Below are positions 37,375 to 47,124 of a stretch of DNA of 56,984 bases, piece by piece. Every line of letters starts with the position of its first letter. The stretch's first letter is position 1. The DNA is taken from IMG/VR virus record IMGVR_UViG_3300021057_000013, positions 1 to 56,984 of that record. One strand, 5' to 3'. Both the position numbers and the translations under genes were made by a program. The notes beneath the pieces were generated by a model. The model was given only the letters and a program-made list of their open reading frames with translations. It had not been told where the DNA came from and made no database searches. The DNA is from a virus (lineage: Duplodnaviria; Caudoviricetes).

Positions 37375-38063
37375 ACCCGGCCAGCTCCAACCGATCGCTT
37401 GTACTGGCGCAGGATCTGATCGACAATCGGGATCCCGGTCAGCTCGCCGGCGGCCATGGCATCGGCCAGCTTGTAGCTATGGTGCTTGGTGCGCTCCTCG
37501 GTCACGCCGTAGCTGCGCAGCACGGCCAGCAACTGCCCGTCGCCGATGGTATCGAGCCAGGCGACCGCCAGGATCTTGCAGGCCTTGGCGATCAGCTTGG
37601 GCACGGCATACTGCGGGCTGGCCTGGGTGCCGGTGTTCTCGACCAGGCCCCAGGAGCCGGAGATCCGGACATTCTGAGGGCCTTCGGGCCAGACGCCGAA
37701 GACCGAAGTCTGAATGTGCGTCTGGCTGTGGTAGATCTCGATCCGCGGGTACTTCTGATCCTGGGGGATCCGGTTGTAGAGCCGAAAGGTGTTCTGATCG
37801 GTGACGTCCGACCAGGTGCTGCCGAACTGCAGCCATTCCACTTTGGTCAGCGTCAGCAGCGGCACGTCGAGTGCGAGCCGGCGCGTGCCCGAGCCGTCGA
37901 AAACCCGGGTGTCCGTGGTCGCCTCGAAAAACAGCCCCGTCACCCGCTCGATGTACTCGCTGGCATAGTCGATCGCGGCCTGGACCGTGGCATCGGTGTA
38001 CGCCGTCGAGCTAGTGCCGGTCACGCCCTCGGCCCGCAGATCGGCCACGCTGGCATAGGCCAT
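37371..38063 (-). CDS. Head-tail adaptor (HK97 gp6/SPP1 gp15-like)
   Basis: MAYASVADL...ASEYIERVTG.FF...NVRISGSWG...VPKLIAKACKIL. Confidence 0.85.
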   Translation of the reverse strand: MAYASVADLRAEGVTGTSSTAYTDATVQAAIDYASEYIERVTGLFFEATTDTRVFDGSGTRRLALDVPLLTLTKVEWLQFGSTWSDVTDQNTFRLYNRIPQDQKYPRIEIYHSQTHIQTSVFGVWPEGPQNVRISGSWGLVENTGTQASPQYAVPKLIAKACKILAVAWLDTIGDGQLLAVLRSYGVTEERTKHHSYKLADAMAAGELTGIPIVDQILRQYKRSVGAGRV

Positions 38064-38576
38064 TTAGACCGAGCCCCCAACCGTGCCGCGAGCCAGGAAG
38101 TAATGGCCGTCCAGGCCGCTGAAGTCCTCGGCCGGCAGGCGCACGCGCAGGGCCTGGGCATACTTGCCGACCAGAATCAGCGGCTCGCGAAAGCAGATCT
38201 CGGCCAGGAAGAAGTTCGTGGTCACGCCACCAAGCGGGGTCGTGTCCACATGCGGGGCCTTGTGAGGCAGGGTCAGCCATTCGTAATGCCGCGTGATCGT
38301 GATGCCATCAAGCAGATCGATCAGGCCGCCGGCCGCCGGCCCCTTGTCGTGGTAGAGCCCGATCCCGGTCGGAGCCAGCGCGGGCAGCGTGCCGTAATCG
38401 GCTGCGCTCAGGGCGCCGGTGGCTTCGATCTTGATCGTCAGGCTCTCGACGACAAAGGATTCCTCCGTGCCCGGGGCCAGAAAGAAGTCCGTTGCCGCCA
38501 GGTACGTGCCGCGCGCGTTCTTCGTGCCCGAGCCGTCGCCGTCGGTGTCGAGGTAGCGGTTCAGCAGCGTGCGCAT
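38064..38576 (-). CDS. Hypothetical virion-associated protein, paralog of 17318..17836
   Basis: Shared motif blocks; coupled in the head module. Confidence 0.7.
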   Translation of the reverse strand: MRTLLNRYLDTDGDGSGTKNARGTYLAATDFFLAPGTEESFVVESLTIKIEATGALSAADYGTLPALAPTGIGLYHDKGPAAGGLIDLLDGITITRHYEWLTLPHKAPHVDTTPLGGVTTNFFLAEICFREPLILVGKYAQALRVRLPAEDFSGLDGHYFLARGTVGGSV

Positions 38577-38824
38577 CAGCTGGCCTTCTTGCTGACCGAT
38601 TTATCGCCTGCGGCCGGGGCTTTGGCGTCGGGAGCCTTGGCGGCAGGCGCAGGGGCTGGCTTGGCGTCGGGCACTTCGACGACCTCGAAACGGCCGCTGA
38701 GGCTTTCAACATACGCGCGCTTCGATTCCGGGTAGTCGTAGGTAACGCCCGGCTCGTAGCGGCGATCGTAGGCGGGCCCGGAGAGCGGGCCGCCAGCGGT
38801 AAGGGTGACTTTGAACATGGGCAT
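38576..38824 (-). CDS. Small post-capsid protein with Ala/Pro/Lys tail
   Basis: SD AGGAG; typical position. Confidence 0.7.
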   Translation of the reverse strand: MPMFKVTLTAGGPLSGPAYDRRYEPGVTYDYPESKRAYVESLSGRFEVVEVPDAKPAPAPAAKAPDAKAPAAGDKSVSKKAS

Positions 38825-38873
38825 GGCTCCTGAAGGCGGCGAGCGCCTGAGTTAGAGAGAGGAGAGAGGGATT

Positions 38874-38908
38874 GCAGGAGCGGGGCTTTCCTCTGGCCCC
38901 GCCCCTGC
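38874..38908 (-). terminator. Hairpin after the capsid gene (terminator or stabiliser)
   Basis: GCAGG.GCGGGGC/GCCCCGC.CCTGC stem followed by a C/T tract rather than oligo-T. Confidence 0.5.
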
Positions 38909-38914
38909 CTAAGC

Positions 38915-40189
38915 TCAGTAGCTGGCGATCACGGTGTCGGCGACATTGATCGCGCGGCTGACCCAGCCCGCTTTGACGAAGCCGTAGCTGTAGCGGGTGC
39001 GGGTGACGAAATCGGTCGCGCCCTTGTTGGCGTGCCGCTCGGTTTCCATCAGCATGTCGTTGACGCTCACGCCGATGATGAAATTGCTCTTCTTGGTCAG
39101 GAAGATCTGCGGCAGGGTCTGGTACATGTACTTCACCGAATCGGTGTTGCCGATGGCGCTGCCAGAGGCCGCGACCGCGACGGTGCCGTTGGTGGTGTTC
39201 AGCACATAGTCCGTGGTATCGACATACGGGGCGGTCGCCGTCGATCCCAGCGCCGCGGCGTTGGCGTAGAAGGTCGACGCGCTGATCGGCTTGTACTTCA
39301 GGTTTTTGGCCGTGGTGCCGTTCATGGTGATGTGCTCGACGACATACGGATTGATGTCGAAGAGGGGCAGCTCGACGCAGAGGATGCCGTTGAAGAAGAT
39401 GGCCTCTTCGCTCTCGCCCTGGCCCTTGGTCAGGACCCAGTCGCCATAGTGGGTCTGGCGCTTCTGCAGCTGGCTCTTGAGGTTCTCGTAGAGATCCGAG
39501 GGCATGTAGTAGCGCAGATCCTGCTTGTTGGCCTTGCCCGTGCGGTAGGCCGGGGGCAGGTTCTTGTACATCTCGCGCAGGACCAGGCCGAGATCCGAGC
39601 TGCTGGCGGCGTCGTGGGTCAGGATGGCCGAGCCGGAGGCATCGGCGGCGGCGATCAGGCCGTTGAACTCGCTGAAGGTGGTGTCCTTGACGCGGTTCGT
39701 GGCGTGGCCGCTGCCGTTGTTCAGGAAATCGGCTTCCTTGATGCTGGGCCCGAGGGTGTTCGAGTACAGGATCATGCGGTCGATGTCGTTGGCCATGGCA
39801 ATGCCCTGGGCCTCGGCCAGGATCTTGGCCTTCTGCTCTTCGGGAATCGGCTTGGTGGCCAGCTTGCGCAGGAAGGAATCCTGCAGGGTCAGCACGGTCT
39901 TGAGGGGGACCGGATCCAGGGTCAGCTTGTAGCTGCTGGGCTTGCGGCCGGCGGATTCCGTGCCGTTGTCGAGCTCGGCGTAGCGGCCGGTGAGCTCGAT
40001 GGAATCGTAATCCCAGGTGTCATAAATCTTTTCGACCGTGGCGTGCTCCGCGAGGCCAAAAGCGGCGATCGTCAGATCGGCCAGATCTTCGCGCTGGGCA
40101 GCGTTGAGAGTGGCGCCGCCGGAGAGATCGGCATCGGTCAGGACGCCTTTCTGGACCAGGACGCGGGCGAGAATATCGGAATTGCTCAT
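38915..40189 (-). CDS. Major capsid protein (HK97 fold inferred)
   Basis: After protease and scaffold; LSGGATLNAAQ, MANDIDRMILY, FNGLI, YKNLPPAYR motifs; biased codons. Confidence 0.85.
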   Translation of the reverse strand: MSNSDILARVLVQKGVLTDADLSGGATLNAAQREDLADLTIAAFGLAEHATVEKIYDTWDYDSIELTGRYAELDNGTESAGRKPSSYKLTLDPVPLKTVLTLQDSFLRKLATKPIPEEQKAKILAEAQGIAMANDIDRMILYSNTLGPSIKEADFLNNGSGHATNRVKDTTFSEFNGLIAAADASGSAILTHDAASSSDLGLVLREMYKNLPPAYRTGKANKQDLRYYMPSDLYENLKSQLQKRQTHYGDWVLTKGQGESEEAIFFNGILCVELPLFDINPYVVEHITMNGTTAKNLKYKPISASTFYANAAALGSTATAPYVDTTDYVLNTTNGTVAVAASGSAIGNTDSVKYMYQTLPQIFLTKKSNFIIGVSVNDMLMETERHANKGATDFVTRTRYSYGFVKAGWVSRAINVADTVIASY

Positions 40190-40290
40190 GAGGGGTTCCT
40201 TTCAGGAATGAATGATGGGCAGGCATGCGAAAGGCCCGCTTCCGGGGAGGAACGCGGGCCTGAGAAACAGGGATAGGGAGTCGGCGGGAC

Positions 40291-41040
40291 TTAGACGGCC
40301 TTGGGGACGGAGGCGAGCGCAGCGCTCAGGGGGGAGCTGGTCCAGGTGCCGGCGCCGCGCTGGGTCTCCTGCAGCTCGGGGCCGCTGGGCTGGGTGTTGC
40401 CGGCGGGCACGCTGTTGAGCAGGCTGCGCAGGGCGGCCTGGGTCTGGGCGTTGTCAGCTGCCATCTTCTCGATAGCGGCAGCCAGGGCGACGACATCGCC
40501 GGCGGACTTGTCGGCCGGGGCCGGGGCGGGCGCTTCGGCGGAAGCATCCGCGCTCTTGGCGGCCTCTGTGGCAGTGGCATCGGCCGAGGAGTCGGTAGCA
40601 GCGTTCTCGGCCTTGTAAGCCTCGAAGGCGGCGGCGATCTTCTCGTCGATCAGCGTGCCGATCTTGGTCCAATCGGCGTCAGAAATCACGGCGTCGGCGC
40701 GGGGGGCCTCGGCCTCGGTCTGGGGAGCGGGAGCGGTAGCGTCTGCCATGGCGGCATCACGTCCTTTCGTAGTAAAGAATTTGGTCAGGGGGGCCAGGGC
40801 CTGGGTGAGGGCCTGGCTCAGGCGCTGGTCGAGCGTCGCCAGCCAGGAGGGCTCGGGCTCCGGCGGCGCATCGGCGGCCACGCCGGCAGCGCGCAGCTCG
40901 GCAGCCTGGGTGGCAGATTCGACAGACATCCGCACCAGGGCCTTGCGGCCGTTGGCCGGGTGCTTGCACATCGTCATTTCAGTTGGCTGATAACTTTCCA
41001 TCTCGCCGGTGATCAGCTCGCCGTTTTCATCGACAGCCAT
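40291..41040 (-). CDS. Scaffold-like protein
   Basis: Low-complexity Ala-rich body; N-terminal EMTMCKHPAN resembles the EISLVD.PAN protease-associated motif. Confidence 0.6.
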   Translation of the reverse strand: MAVDENGELITGEMESYQPTEMTMCKHPANGRKALVRMSVESATQAAELRAAGVAADAPPEPEPSWLATLDQRLSQALTQALAPLTKFFTTKGRDAAMADATAPAPQTEAEAPRADAVISDADWTKIGTLIDEKIAAAFEAYKAENAATDSSADATATEAAKSADASAEAPAPAPADKSAGDVVALAAAIEKMAADNAQTQAALRSLLNSVPAGNTQPSGPELQETQRGAGTWTSSPLSAALASVPKAV

Positions 41041-41043
41041 GGG

Positions 41044-42237
41044 CTAAGCCTCGCTTTCGGGTTTGGGATCGCGCCAGAAGGTGGCATAGCCGCCGGGGCT
41101 CAATCCGTTGATTTCGTAGTTCTTCAGGGCCTCAACGGCGGCGGGGCTCATGGCCTGCCAGCTCTGCAGCCAGGTGCCGTCCTTGACCAGGTAGCCGCCG
41201 ATCACGGTGTCGCCTTCCTGAATCCAGTTGAAGACATTCAGCCAGTCCGGGTGCTCGCCGTTGAGGGCCTCGGTGCTGGCGTCGTGCTCGATCCGCACCT
41301 TGCGGCCATGAATCGACCAGTGCAGCGCAGCCTTGCGGATCTCTTCCTTGCTGATGAAGTTGCCGTGCAGATCGCGGGCATCGGCGGCAATCTCCTCCGC
41401 GCTGCGGGGCTCGAGCACAATCGCGACCATGTAGCCCTGAAAATCGGCCGCGGTCTTATCGGCCTGGGCGGCGATGGCCCGCGGCTGCAGGCTGCGCTCG
41501 CTGCCGGTGATTTCGGGCAGGGCGATCTGCAGCTGGACCGGCTCGCGCACAATGACCTTTTCCGTCAGGTCGAGCACGTTGGCCTCGTTCAGCACCGCGC
41601 AGAAGGCGGGGAAGCCGGCCTGGAAGCTCTGGATCACGGGCAGGGCCGCGGCCACGACGGCGGCATAGCCGTGCGGATCGGCGCCGGTTTCGACCTCGGC
41701 CTCGAACAGGGTCAGGTAGGTGATCAGCTCGGTCAGGGCCTGGTTGATGCCGTTGACCCGCTCGATATCCCACTCGCTGGGATGGCGGGTGTAGCAGTCG
41801 ATCCAGTTGCCCCAGTCATCGTAATAGCGCGGCGCGGGGGCTTTCAGGGGTGCGCTCTCGGCCGAGCGGTTCGCTTCGGTCTGGGCCTGCTGGGCCTGCG
41901 CCTGCGCGGCGAGGTAGATCAGGCTATCCGCTTCCAGGCGCTTGAGAGAGGAGAGGAAGGAGAGGTGCGATTGGGTCTGCTCGTAGGGAAAGATCGTGTA
42001 GCCGTACTCGATCAGGCGCGGCAGGACCCAATCGAGATCCCAGCAGCGGCAGGCGATCTTTTCGGCGACCAGGCCGCGGGTGCGGCGGGCATCGGCCCGG
42101 GTCGCGTTGCGGGCGGCGTAGCCGGCGGCGAAGGCAGCCCAGTCGCTGATCGGCAGGGTGTCCAGGGCAGCGCCCTCGGCGACAGCCTGCTCGAAGCGGC
42201 GATCGAGCTGGGCGAGCAGGGTAGCGGTATCGGCCAT
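41044..42237 (-). CDS. XkdF-like prohead serine protease with N-terminal extension
   Basis: IVLEP...DLHGNFISKEEIRKAA...IEHD...GTWL...INGLSPGG. Confidence 0.8.
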   Translation of the reverse strand: MADTATLLAQLDRRFEQAVAEGAALDTLPISDWAAFAAGYAARNATRADARRTRGLVAEKIACRCWDLDWVLPRLIEYGYTIFPYEQTQSHLSFLSSLKRLEADSLIYLAAQAQAQQAQTEANRSAESAPLKAPAPRYYDDWGNWIDCYTRHPSEWDIERVNGINQALTELITYLTLFEAEVETGADPHGYAAVVAAALPVIQSFQAGFPAFCAVLNEANVLDLTEKVIVREPVQLQIALPEITGSERSLQPRAIAAQADKTAADFQGYMVAIVLEPRSAEEIAADARDLHGNFISKEEIRKAALHWSIHGRKVRIEHDASTEALNGEHPDWLNVFNWIQEGDTVIGGYLVKDGTWLQSWQAMSPAAVEALKNYEINGLSPGGYATFWRDPKPESEA

Positions 42238-44010
42238 CTAAGCGGCCTCCTGTTCGTAGTAATAGAGCCGGGCAACGGGGCGGCCCTGGCAGTGGTGCTT
42301 GCTGATCTCGGCCTTCAGGGCCTGGGTGATCGGGCTGTCCTCGGGCAGCAGCTCGAGCCCGGGCTGCGCGGGCAAGCCGCCGGCAGGGGCCAGCAGCGCG
42401 GCCGGCCGGTTGGCAGCGGCCTCGTCCAGGGCGTCGATCTTCTGATCCGGCAGCAGCGTGTCGATGATGGCGCGCTTCTCGTTCAGGCTGAGCGCGCCCT
42501 TTTCATAGGCCAGCAGCTTCAGGTAATCCGCCGTGCGATCGGCGCTGTAGCCGGCCAGGGCGAAGCGGTGGTATTTCACGCCCTTGATGTTGGCCGCCCG
42601 CTTGCTGAAGCCGACGTACTCGGGCAGCAGTTGATCGTTGATCACGTCCTCGATGTCCTGGCGCTCCGGGGCGAAGACCTGATCCTCGGCGAAGACCAGG
42701 GCGGCCTCGGCCGTCGCCCGGTTGAGCGTGCTGTCGATGTTGCCCACCAGCAGCAGCGGCAGGCGCAGGGCGCTGGCGATCGATTTCTCCAGCCACATCA
42801 GGTATTTCAGGAACATGCCCTCGGTCGTCATCAGCTGGGCCATCGGCTCGATCCGCACCTTGGGCGTGAGGCCCTCCTTGTTCGCGCCCGCGCCGACGGT
42901 GGTGCTGTCGACCTGGACGAAGATCGCGCGGCGGCGGCTGGTCTCGCCCTGGATGTCCTTGAACTGATCCATGATCTTGGCCAGCTCGGCATCATCGACC
43001 GTGCCCTCGATCACGACGATGAAGGGCGGGGTGGCCCCGTTGTTGAGCGTGTCGAGGTTGATGATTCTTATCGCGCGGCTGGCCAGGGCATCGGGCAGGA
43101 TCGGGATCCATTCCGGCTGCGGGTGCTCGCCGCCGGCATCGACCACGGGGAAGAGCAGCAGCTCGGTCGCATACGGAAACTCTGCCGGCGGCGGGCTGGC
43201 CGCGGTCCAATACTCCCCGGTCACGCGGTTGAGCGGGCGGGGATCCATGAACTCTTTAAAATAGATGGTCTTGCGGGCCGCGCCAAAGCGGCTCGGGCTG
43301 ATTACCTGCTTGAAGCGGCGGAAGCGGCGCTGAATGCTTTCGGTTTCGATCCGGTCGCCAATCGGGATCTGGCGGGTGACGACGGTATGCTGCGCATCGA
43401 GCTCGCACCAGCGCAGGGTCTTGCCGTCTTCGATCGGGTTGATGCCGACGACCTGGCCGGCGATATTGCGAAGGATTTCCCAGGCCGCGAAGCCGAAGCG
43501 CTTGCGGCTGCTGACGGTGATTTTCATGACCTGGCTGAAGGAGCGGTTCGGGCACATGCGCTGAATCCAGGCCAGCAGATCGGCATGCTCGGCGGCAGCG
43601 TCGGCCTCATTCGCCGCGGCGCGCTCGGCATCGATCACCGGCAGGGCGAAGCCCCGCGAAGCGACGCCGACGGTGATCGCGGCAATGGCGCGGCTGAGCT
43701 CGGGGCACTCGCGGATCACCCGCTCGAGCGCGTCGAGGGGGACCGGCGCGGGCAGCTCGACGGGCTTGCTGCTGGTAGCGGCGTATTCCTGGCTGGGCGG
43801 CGCCGCTTTCGCCATCCGCTGTGTGAGCAGCTTGGCGGCCTGAGGAAAGAGAGAGAGGAGAGATTTTTGGGCGGCGGCCTGGATGGCGGGATCAGGGGCC
43901 GGTTCGAGGCCGAGCAGATCCCCGTTGCGGCGCGTCAGGGCCTGGCCAAAGCCCAGGTCCAGGGCGGCCACACGGGCAGAGGGCTTTTTGTCGGCGGATT
44001 GCTCGTCCAT
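42238..44010 (-). CDS. Portal protein
   Basis: FGFAAWEILRNIAGQV, NNGATPPFIVVIEG, LRLPLLLVG, NRATAEAA, LSLNEKR. Confidence 0.9.
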   Translation of the reverse strand: MDEQSADKKPSARVAALDLGFGQALTRRNGDLLGLEPAPDPAIQAAAQKSLLSLFPQAAKLLTQRMAKAAPPSQEYAATSSKPVELPAPVPLDALERVIRECPELSRAIAAITVGVASRGFALPVIDAERAAANEADAAAEHADLLAWIQRMCPNRSFSQVMKITVSSRKRFGFAAWEILRNIAGQVVGINPIEDGKTLRWCELDAQHTVVTRQIPIGDRIETESIQRRFRRFKQVISPSRFGAARKTIYFKEFMDPRPLNRVTGEYWTAASPPPAEFPYATELLLFPVVDAGGEHPQPEWIPILPDALASRAIRIINLDTLNNGATPPFIVVIEGTVDDAELAKIMDQFKDIQGETSRRRAIFVQVDSTTVGAGANKEGLTPKVRIEPMAQLMTTEGMFLKYLMWLEKSIASALRLPLLLVGNIDSTLNRATAEAALVFAEDQVFAPERQDIEDVINDQLLPEYVGFSKRAANIKGVKYHRFALAGYSADRTADYLKLLAYEKGALSLNEKRAIIDTLLPDQKIDALDEAAANRPAALLAPAGGLPAQPGLELLPEDSPITQALKAEISKHHCQGRPVARLYYYEQEAA

Positions 44011-45719
44011 CAGGCGGCCTGTGTTTCCTTTGCTGAGAATCGTTTCTTGAAGAGGCGCTGGTAATCGGCCAGCTCGGGCAGCAGGCGCCAGGCGGCGGCC
44101 AGGCTCATGATCCGGTCATCGTGCAGCGGGGCGGGGGCCCCCATCTTGCCGCCGCCGAGATGCTGAAAATCGTCGTACTGATCCAGAATGGCCTGCGAGC
44201 CGATCCGCAGGCCGATGCCGATTTTATCCGGCGGGCCGGGGCTCAGGCCCCCGTAGTGCTTGACGGCCTCGAGCAGATCCGCGCGCAGCAGGCGAATGGT
44301 GGTCGGCTTCTCGCTGAGGGTTGGCAGGCCGTCATACGTCCGGTGGCCGCAGTGCAGGAAGTCTTCCCAGCATTTCCACATCTCGACCTCGCGGCCGGTT
44401 TCGTCTTTGACGAGGCAGGTCTCGCTGCGGGCCTTGGCGATCGTCGCCCGGCCGATGCCGTTGGTCTCGATCGCCACCGCGCCGGGGTACATCTGCCAGA
44501 CGCGGAAGATCTCGTGATGCAGCTGCGTCGAATCGATCAGGTTCGATTCCCAGAGATAAATCTGCTCGCGGGTGTCCGCGTCGATCACCACAATCGTGCT
44601 GGCATCGCCATCGCCCCCGGTGCCGTCGGCGACATCGACCCCGATCGCGTGCATGTGGCCCGGGATCGCCGGCCGCTCGCAGGTGGTCAGGGTCTTGAGA
44701 TCGTGGACATCGTCGCGGAAGATCGTGGTGCCGCCGGATTCGAAGCAATCGGTATCGCTTTCGAGGTACTCCTGCCGGAAGGCCATCGGGCCCTTCGCCG
44801 CGAGCGTCGGATCCGATTGGGTCTTGCGGCGCCATTTGTACTGCTCGAAATCGATGATCTTGCCGTGCTCGCGCTTGGCTTTCTCGGCCAGGGCGATTTC
44901 ATCCGGCTGCAGGCTCGCGGCGATCTGCTCGGCCTCGCCCGGCAGCAGCGGCTCGCGCAGCTGATCATCGAAGTACCAGGGCCAGAAGCGGGCATGCCAG
45001 CCGGCCTCGCCGCGCTTGGCCATCATGTAGAAGCGCCAGAAGTAATCGCCCTTGAGCTTCGGCGAGCTCTCGATAAAGATGTTTGTCGTCGGATCGTTCA
45101 GCGCGGGCTGAATGCCCTGCAGCAGCTCCTCGGGGTAGACCCATTCGGCCAGCTCCGAGAGCAGCGCATTGCGCAGGGTAATCGAGCGGCCTTTGCGGCG
45201 GCTGACGCTGGGGCTCTGGCCCGGGCCGCGGCAGCTGTAGCTGCTGGCAATCGAGGGGAAGCCCAGCTCGGTGGTGTTGTCCGTATCCGCCGGCGGGATC
45301 GCAATCAGCGGGTCCTTGCCGTTGATGCTGTTGAAGGTGTAGCGCACCTTCTCCTCGAGCATCTTCTTGCTCGCCGGCTCATCCTGGCAAAAGAGCCAGG
45401 TCTTGGTTCCGGGAAAGAAAATCGTATCGTGCAGCAGCAGCGCATTGATCAGGGCGCTGCCGCCGATCTGCCGGCTTTTGAGATTGACCTCGCGCACGCC
45501 CTGGAGCCGGTTGACCACAGCCCCATTCGGAAGTACATACGGCTTCCAGTACAGCGAGAGGAGGAGAGAGAGGTAGTGATCCTGAAAGGGATTGAGCTTG
45601 AAGGGGCGCTCAACGCCTTTCTTGTCGATGATCTTGAGGCAGCGCTCGATCCAGAGCTTGGGATCCGAGCGGAAACGCTTCCAGAGCCGCTTCTGCAGCG
45701 TGCGGATCTCGGAGGACAT
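44010..45719 (-). CDS. terL: Terminase large subunit
   Basis: LKSRQIGGS (Walker A region), LLSELAEW (Walker B), IESSP, IGVDVADG and HDDRIMS nuclease motifs. Confidence 0.92.
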   Translation of the reverse strand: MSSEIRTLQKRLWKRFRSDPKLWIERCLKIIDKKGVERPFKLNPFQDHYLSLLLSLYWKPYVLPNGAVVNRLQGVREVNLKSRQIGGSALINALLLHDTIFFPGTKTWLFCQDEPASKKMLEEKVRYTFNSINGKDPLIAIPPADTDNTTELGFPSIASSYSCRGPGQSPSVSRRKGRSITLRNALLSELAEWVYPEELLQGIQPALNDPTTNIFIESSPKLKGDYFWRFYMMAKRGEAGWHARFWPWYFDDQLREPLLPGEAEQIAASLQPDEIALAEKAKREHGKIIDFEQYKWRRKTQSDPTLAAKGPMAFRQEYLESDTDCFESGGTTIFRDDVHDLKTLTTCERPAIPGHMHAIGVDVADGTGGDGDASTIVVIDADTREQIYLWESNLIDSTQLHHEIFRVWQMYPGAVAIETNGIGRATIAKARSETCLVKDETGREVEMWKCWEDFLHCGHRTYDGLPTLSEKPTTIRLLRADLLEAVKHYGGLSPGPPDKIGIGLRIGSQAILDQYDDFQHLGGGKMGAPAPLHDDRIMSLAAAWRLLPELADYQRLFKKRFSAKETQAA

Positions 45720-46117
45720 CAGCCCTCCTTATTGCATTCGCTCACCAGATCGGCGTAATCGGTCGCAATGCTGGCCTTGAGCTCGGTCTTGGTTTCGCGC
45801 TTGTCCGATTGCCCCAGGCGCTGCTTGCCCAGCCAGATCTGCATGGTCGTATCGCCCTTGACGGCTTTATCGAACTGGAGCTCGCAAAGCAGGGCATCGC
45901 CCTTGGCTTTTTTAGCGGCCTCGTACTCGGAAAAACCCATCTTAAAATCCCGCTGAACAGACTTGTAGAGCGTCTCGGGATGGATGCCGAGCTTGGCGGC
46001 GACCTGGACGCCATTGCATCCGGCCATGAGCGCTTGATCGACCTTTTGCCAGTCGATGGGCGCTCGGGGCCGACCGTTGTTCTTGCGGCCGTCGTCTTGC
46101 TTGGTCTTGCCTGCCAT
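45719..46117 (-). CDS. terS: Terminase small subunit (HTH type)
   Basis: GRPRAPIDW...VAAKLGIHPETL...MQIWLGKQRLGQSDK; directly before terL. Confidence 0.8.
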   Translation of the reverse strand: MAGKTKQDDGRKNNGRPRAPIDWQKVDQALMAGCNGVQVAAKLGIHPETLYKSVQRDFKMGFSEYEAAKKAKGDALLCELQFDKAVKGDTTMQIWLGKQRLGQSDKRETKTELKASIATDYADLVSECNKEG

Positions 46118-47124
46118 CAGACCTTGAACCACTGCTTTCTGAGTTGATTGGCGACCTGAGCCATCATGACCGGCGGGACTGACATGCCGCAGATGTACTG
46201 GGTTCCAAGCCCCTGAAAATCATAATCCTGCGGAAAGGTCTGCATGGACCTGTATTCCTGATCAATCAGCTTTCTGGGCTCCAGCGGATGATAATAACCA
46301 GAGTTTGCTGTCAGGGTGGGCGCCACTTCATGAAGCGGCATCTTGTTTTCATTGAAAAACGAGCCCTTGGGATGGTGCTTGCTGAAGCTTTCGCCAGGCT
46401 TGCTGATAGACCAGTATGCAAACATCTTGGAGTCAGGATTAAGCATGTTGTCAGAGCTGGTCTGCATAAGATGCCGGAATGCAATTGGAGGAAGATTAAA
46501 GTTGAGCTTTAAAGAAGGGAGCCCAAGATCCTTCCGCCTGGCGATGAAGAAGGTGCGCTCCCGCTTCTGAGGAACCCCCATGCTGGCAGCATTCAAGAGA
46601 AAAAGCTGCGCATCATAGCCTGCGGTGGAAAACGCATCGGCAATCTGACGAACATAGGCCTTGGCATTGCCCTTAATCAAGCCAGAGACATTCTCGGCAA
46701 TCACAGCTTTGGGCTGCAGGCGCTGAGCTAAATCAATAAAGTGAAAGAACAAATCATCCAGCTTTTGAGCGGCCTGTCCCTCACGAAACACCTTCTTTTT
46801 GTTCCATGCCTTTTCTCTCACCCCTGCCGTGCTGAAACTGGAGCATGGGGGTGAGCCGTCTAAAATATCCAGAGCATACAATTCAGAGGGGAGCTCTTGC
46901 CTGGCCAGAAAGTCCCGAACATCTTCACAAAACAGATGCTTTGGCTTGTGGTTGGCTTGGTAAACTGCAGCCATCTGCGGATCGATCTCGACGCCGCCGA
47001 GATGCTGATAGCCTGCGAGCTTGTAGCCCATGGTTGAGCCGCCGCCACAGATAAAGGTGCCGAACACCTTCAGATTGACCGGCTCAGGATAATCCTTGAA
47101 CGACCAGTTCCAGGGAAACGTCAC
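46117..47124 (-). CDS. C5 cytosine DNA methyltransferase
   Basis: FICGGG, DGSPPCSSFS, AENVSG, GVPQKRER, QTFP, GMSVPP motifs; lower GC. Confidence 0.93.
   Translation of the reverse strand: MTFPWNWSFKDYPEPVNLKVFGTFICGGGSTMGYKLAGYQHLGGVEIDPQMAAVYQANHKPKHLFCEDVRDFLARQELPSELYALDILDGSPPCSSFSTAGVREKAWNKKKVFREGQAAQKLDDLFFHFIDLAQRLQPKAVIAENVSGLIKGNAKAYVRQIADAFSTAGYDAQLFLLNAASMGVPQKRERTFFIARRKDLGLPSLKLNFNLPPIAFRHLMQTSSDNMLNPDSKMFAYWSISKPGESFSKHHPKGSFFNENKMPLHEVAPTLTANSGYYHPLEPRKLIDQEYRSMQTFPQDYDFQGLGTQYICGMSVPPVMMAQVANQLRKQWFKV

Noticed and set aside
40960-44064. 1034-aa + strand ORF, and similar long + ORFs at 15696, 21700, 30871, 37479, 39032, 44121, 47720 and 50779
   Set aside because: Antisense shadows of well-supported - strand genes in high-GC DNA; no motifs of their own
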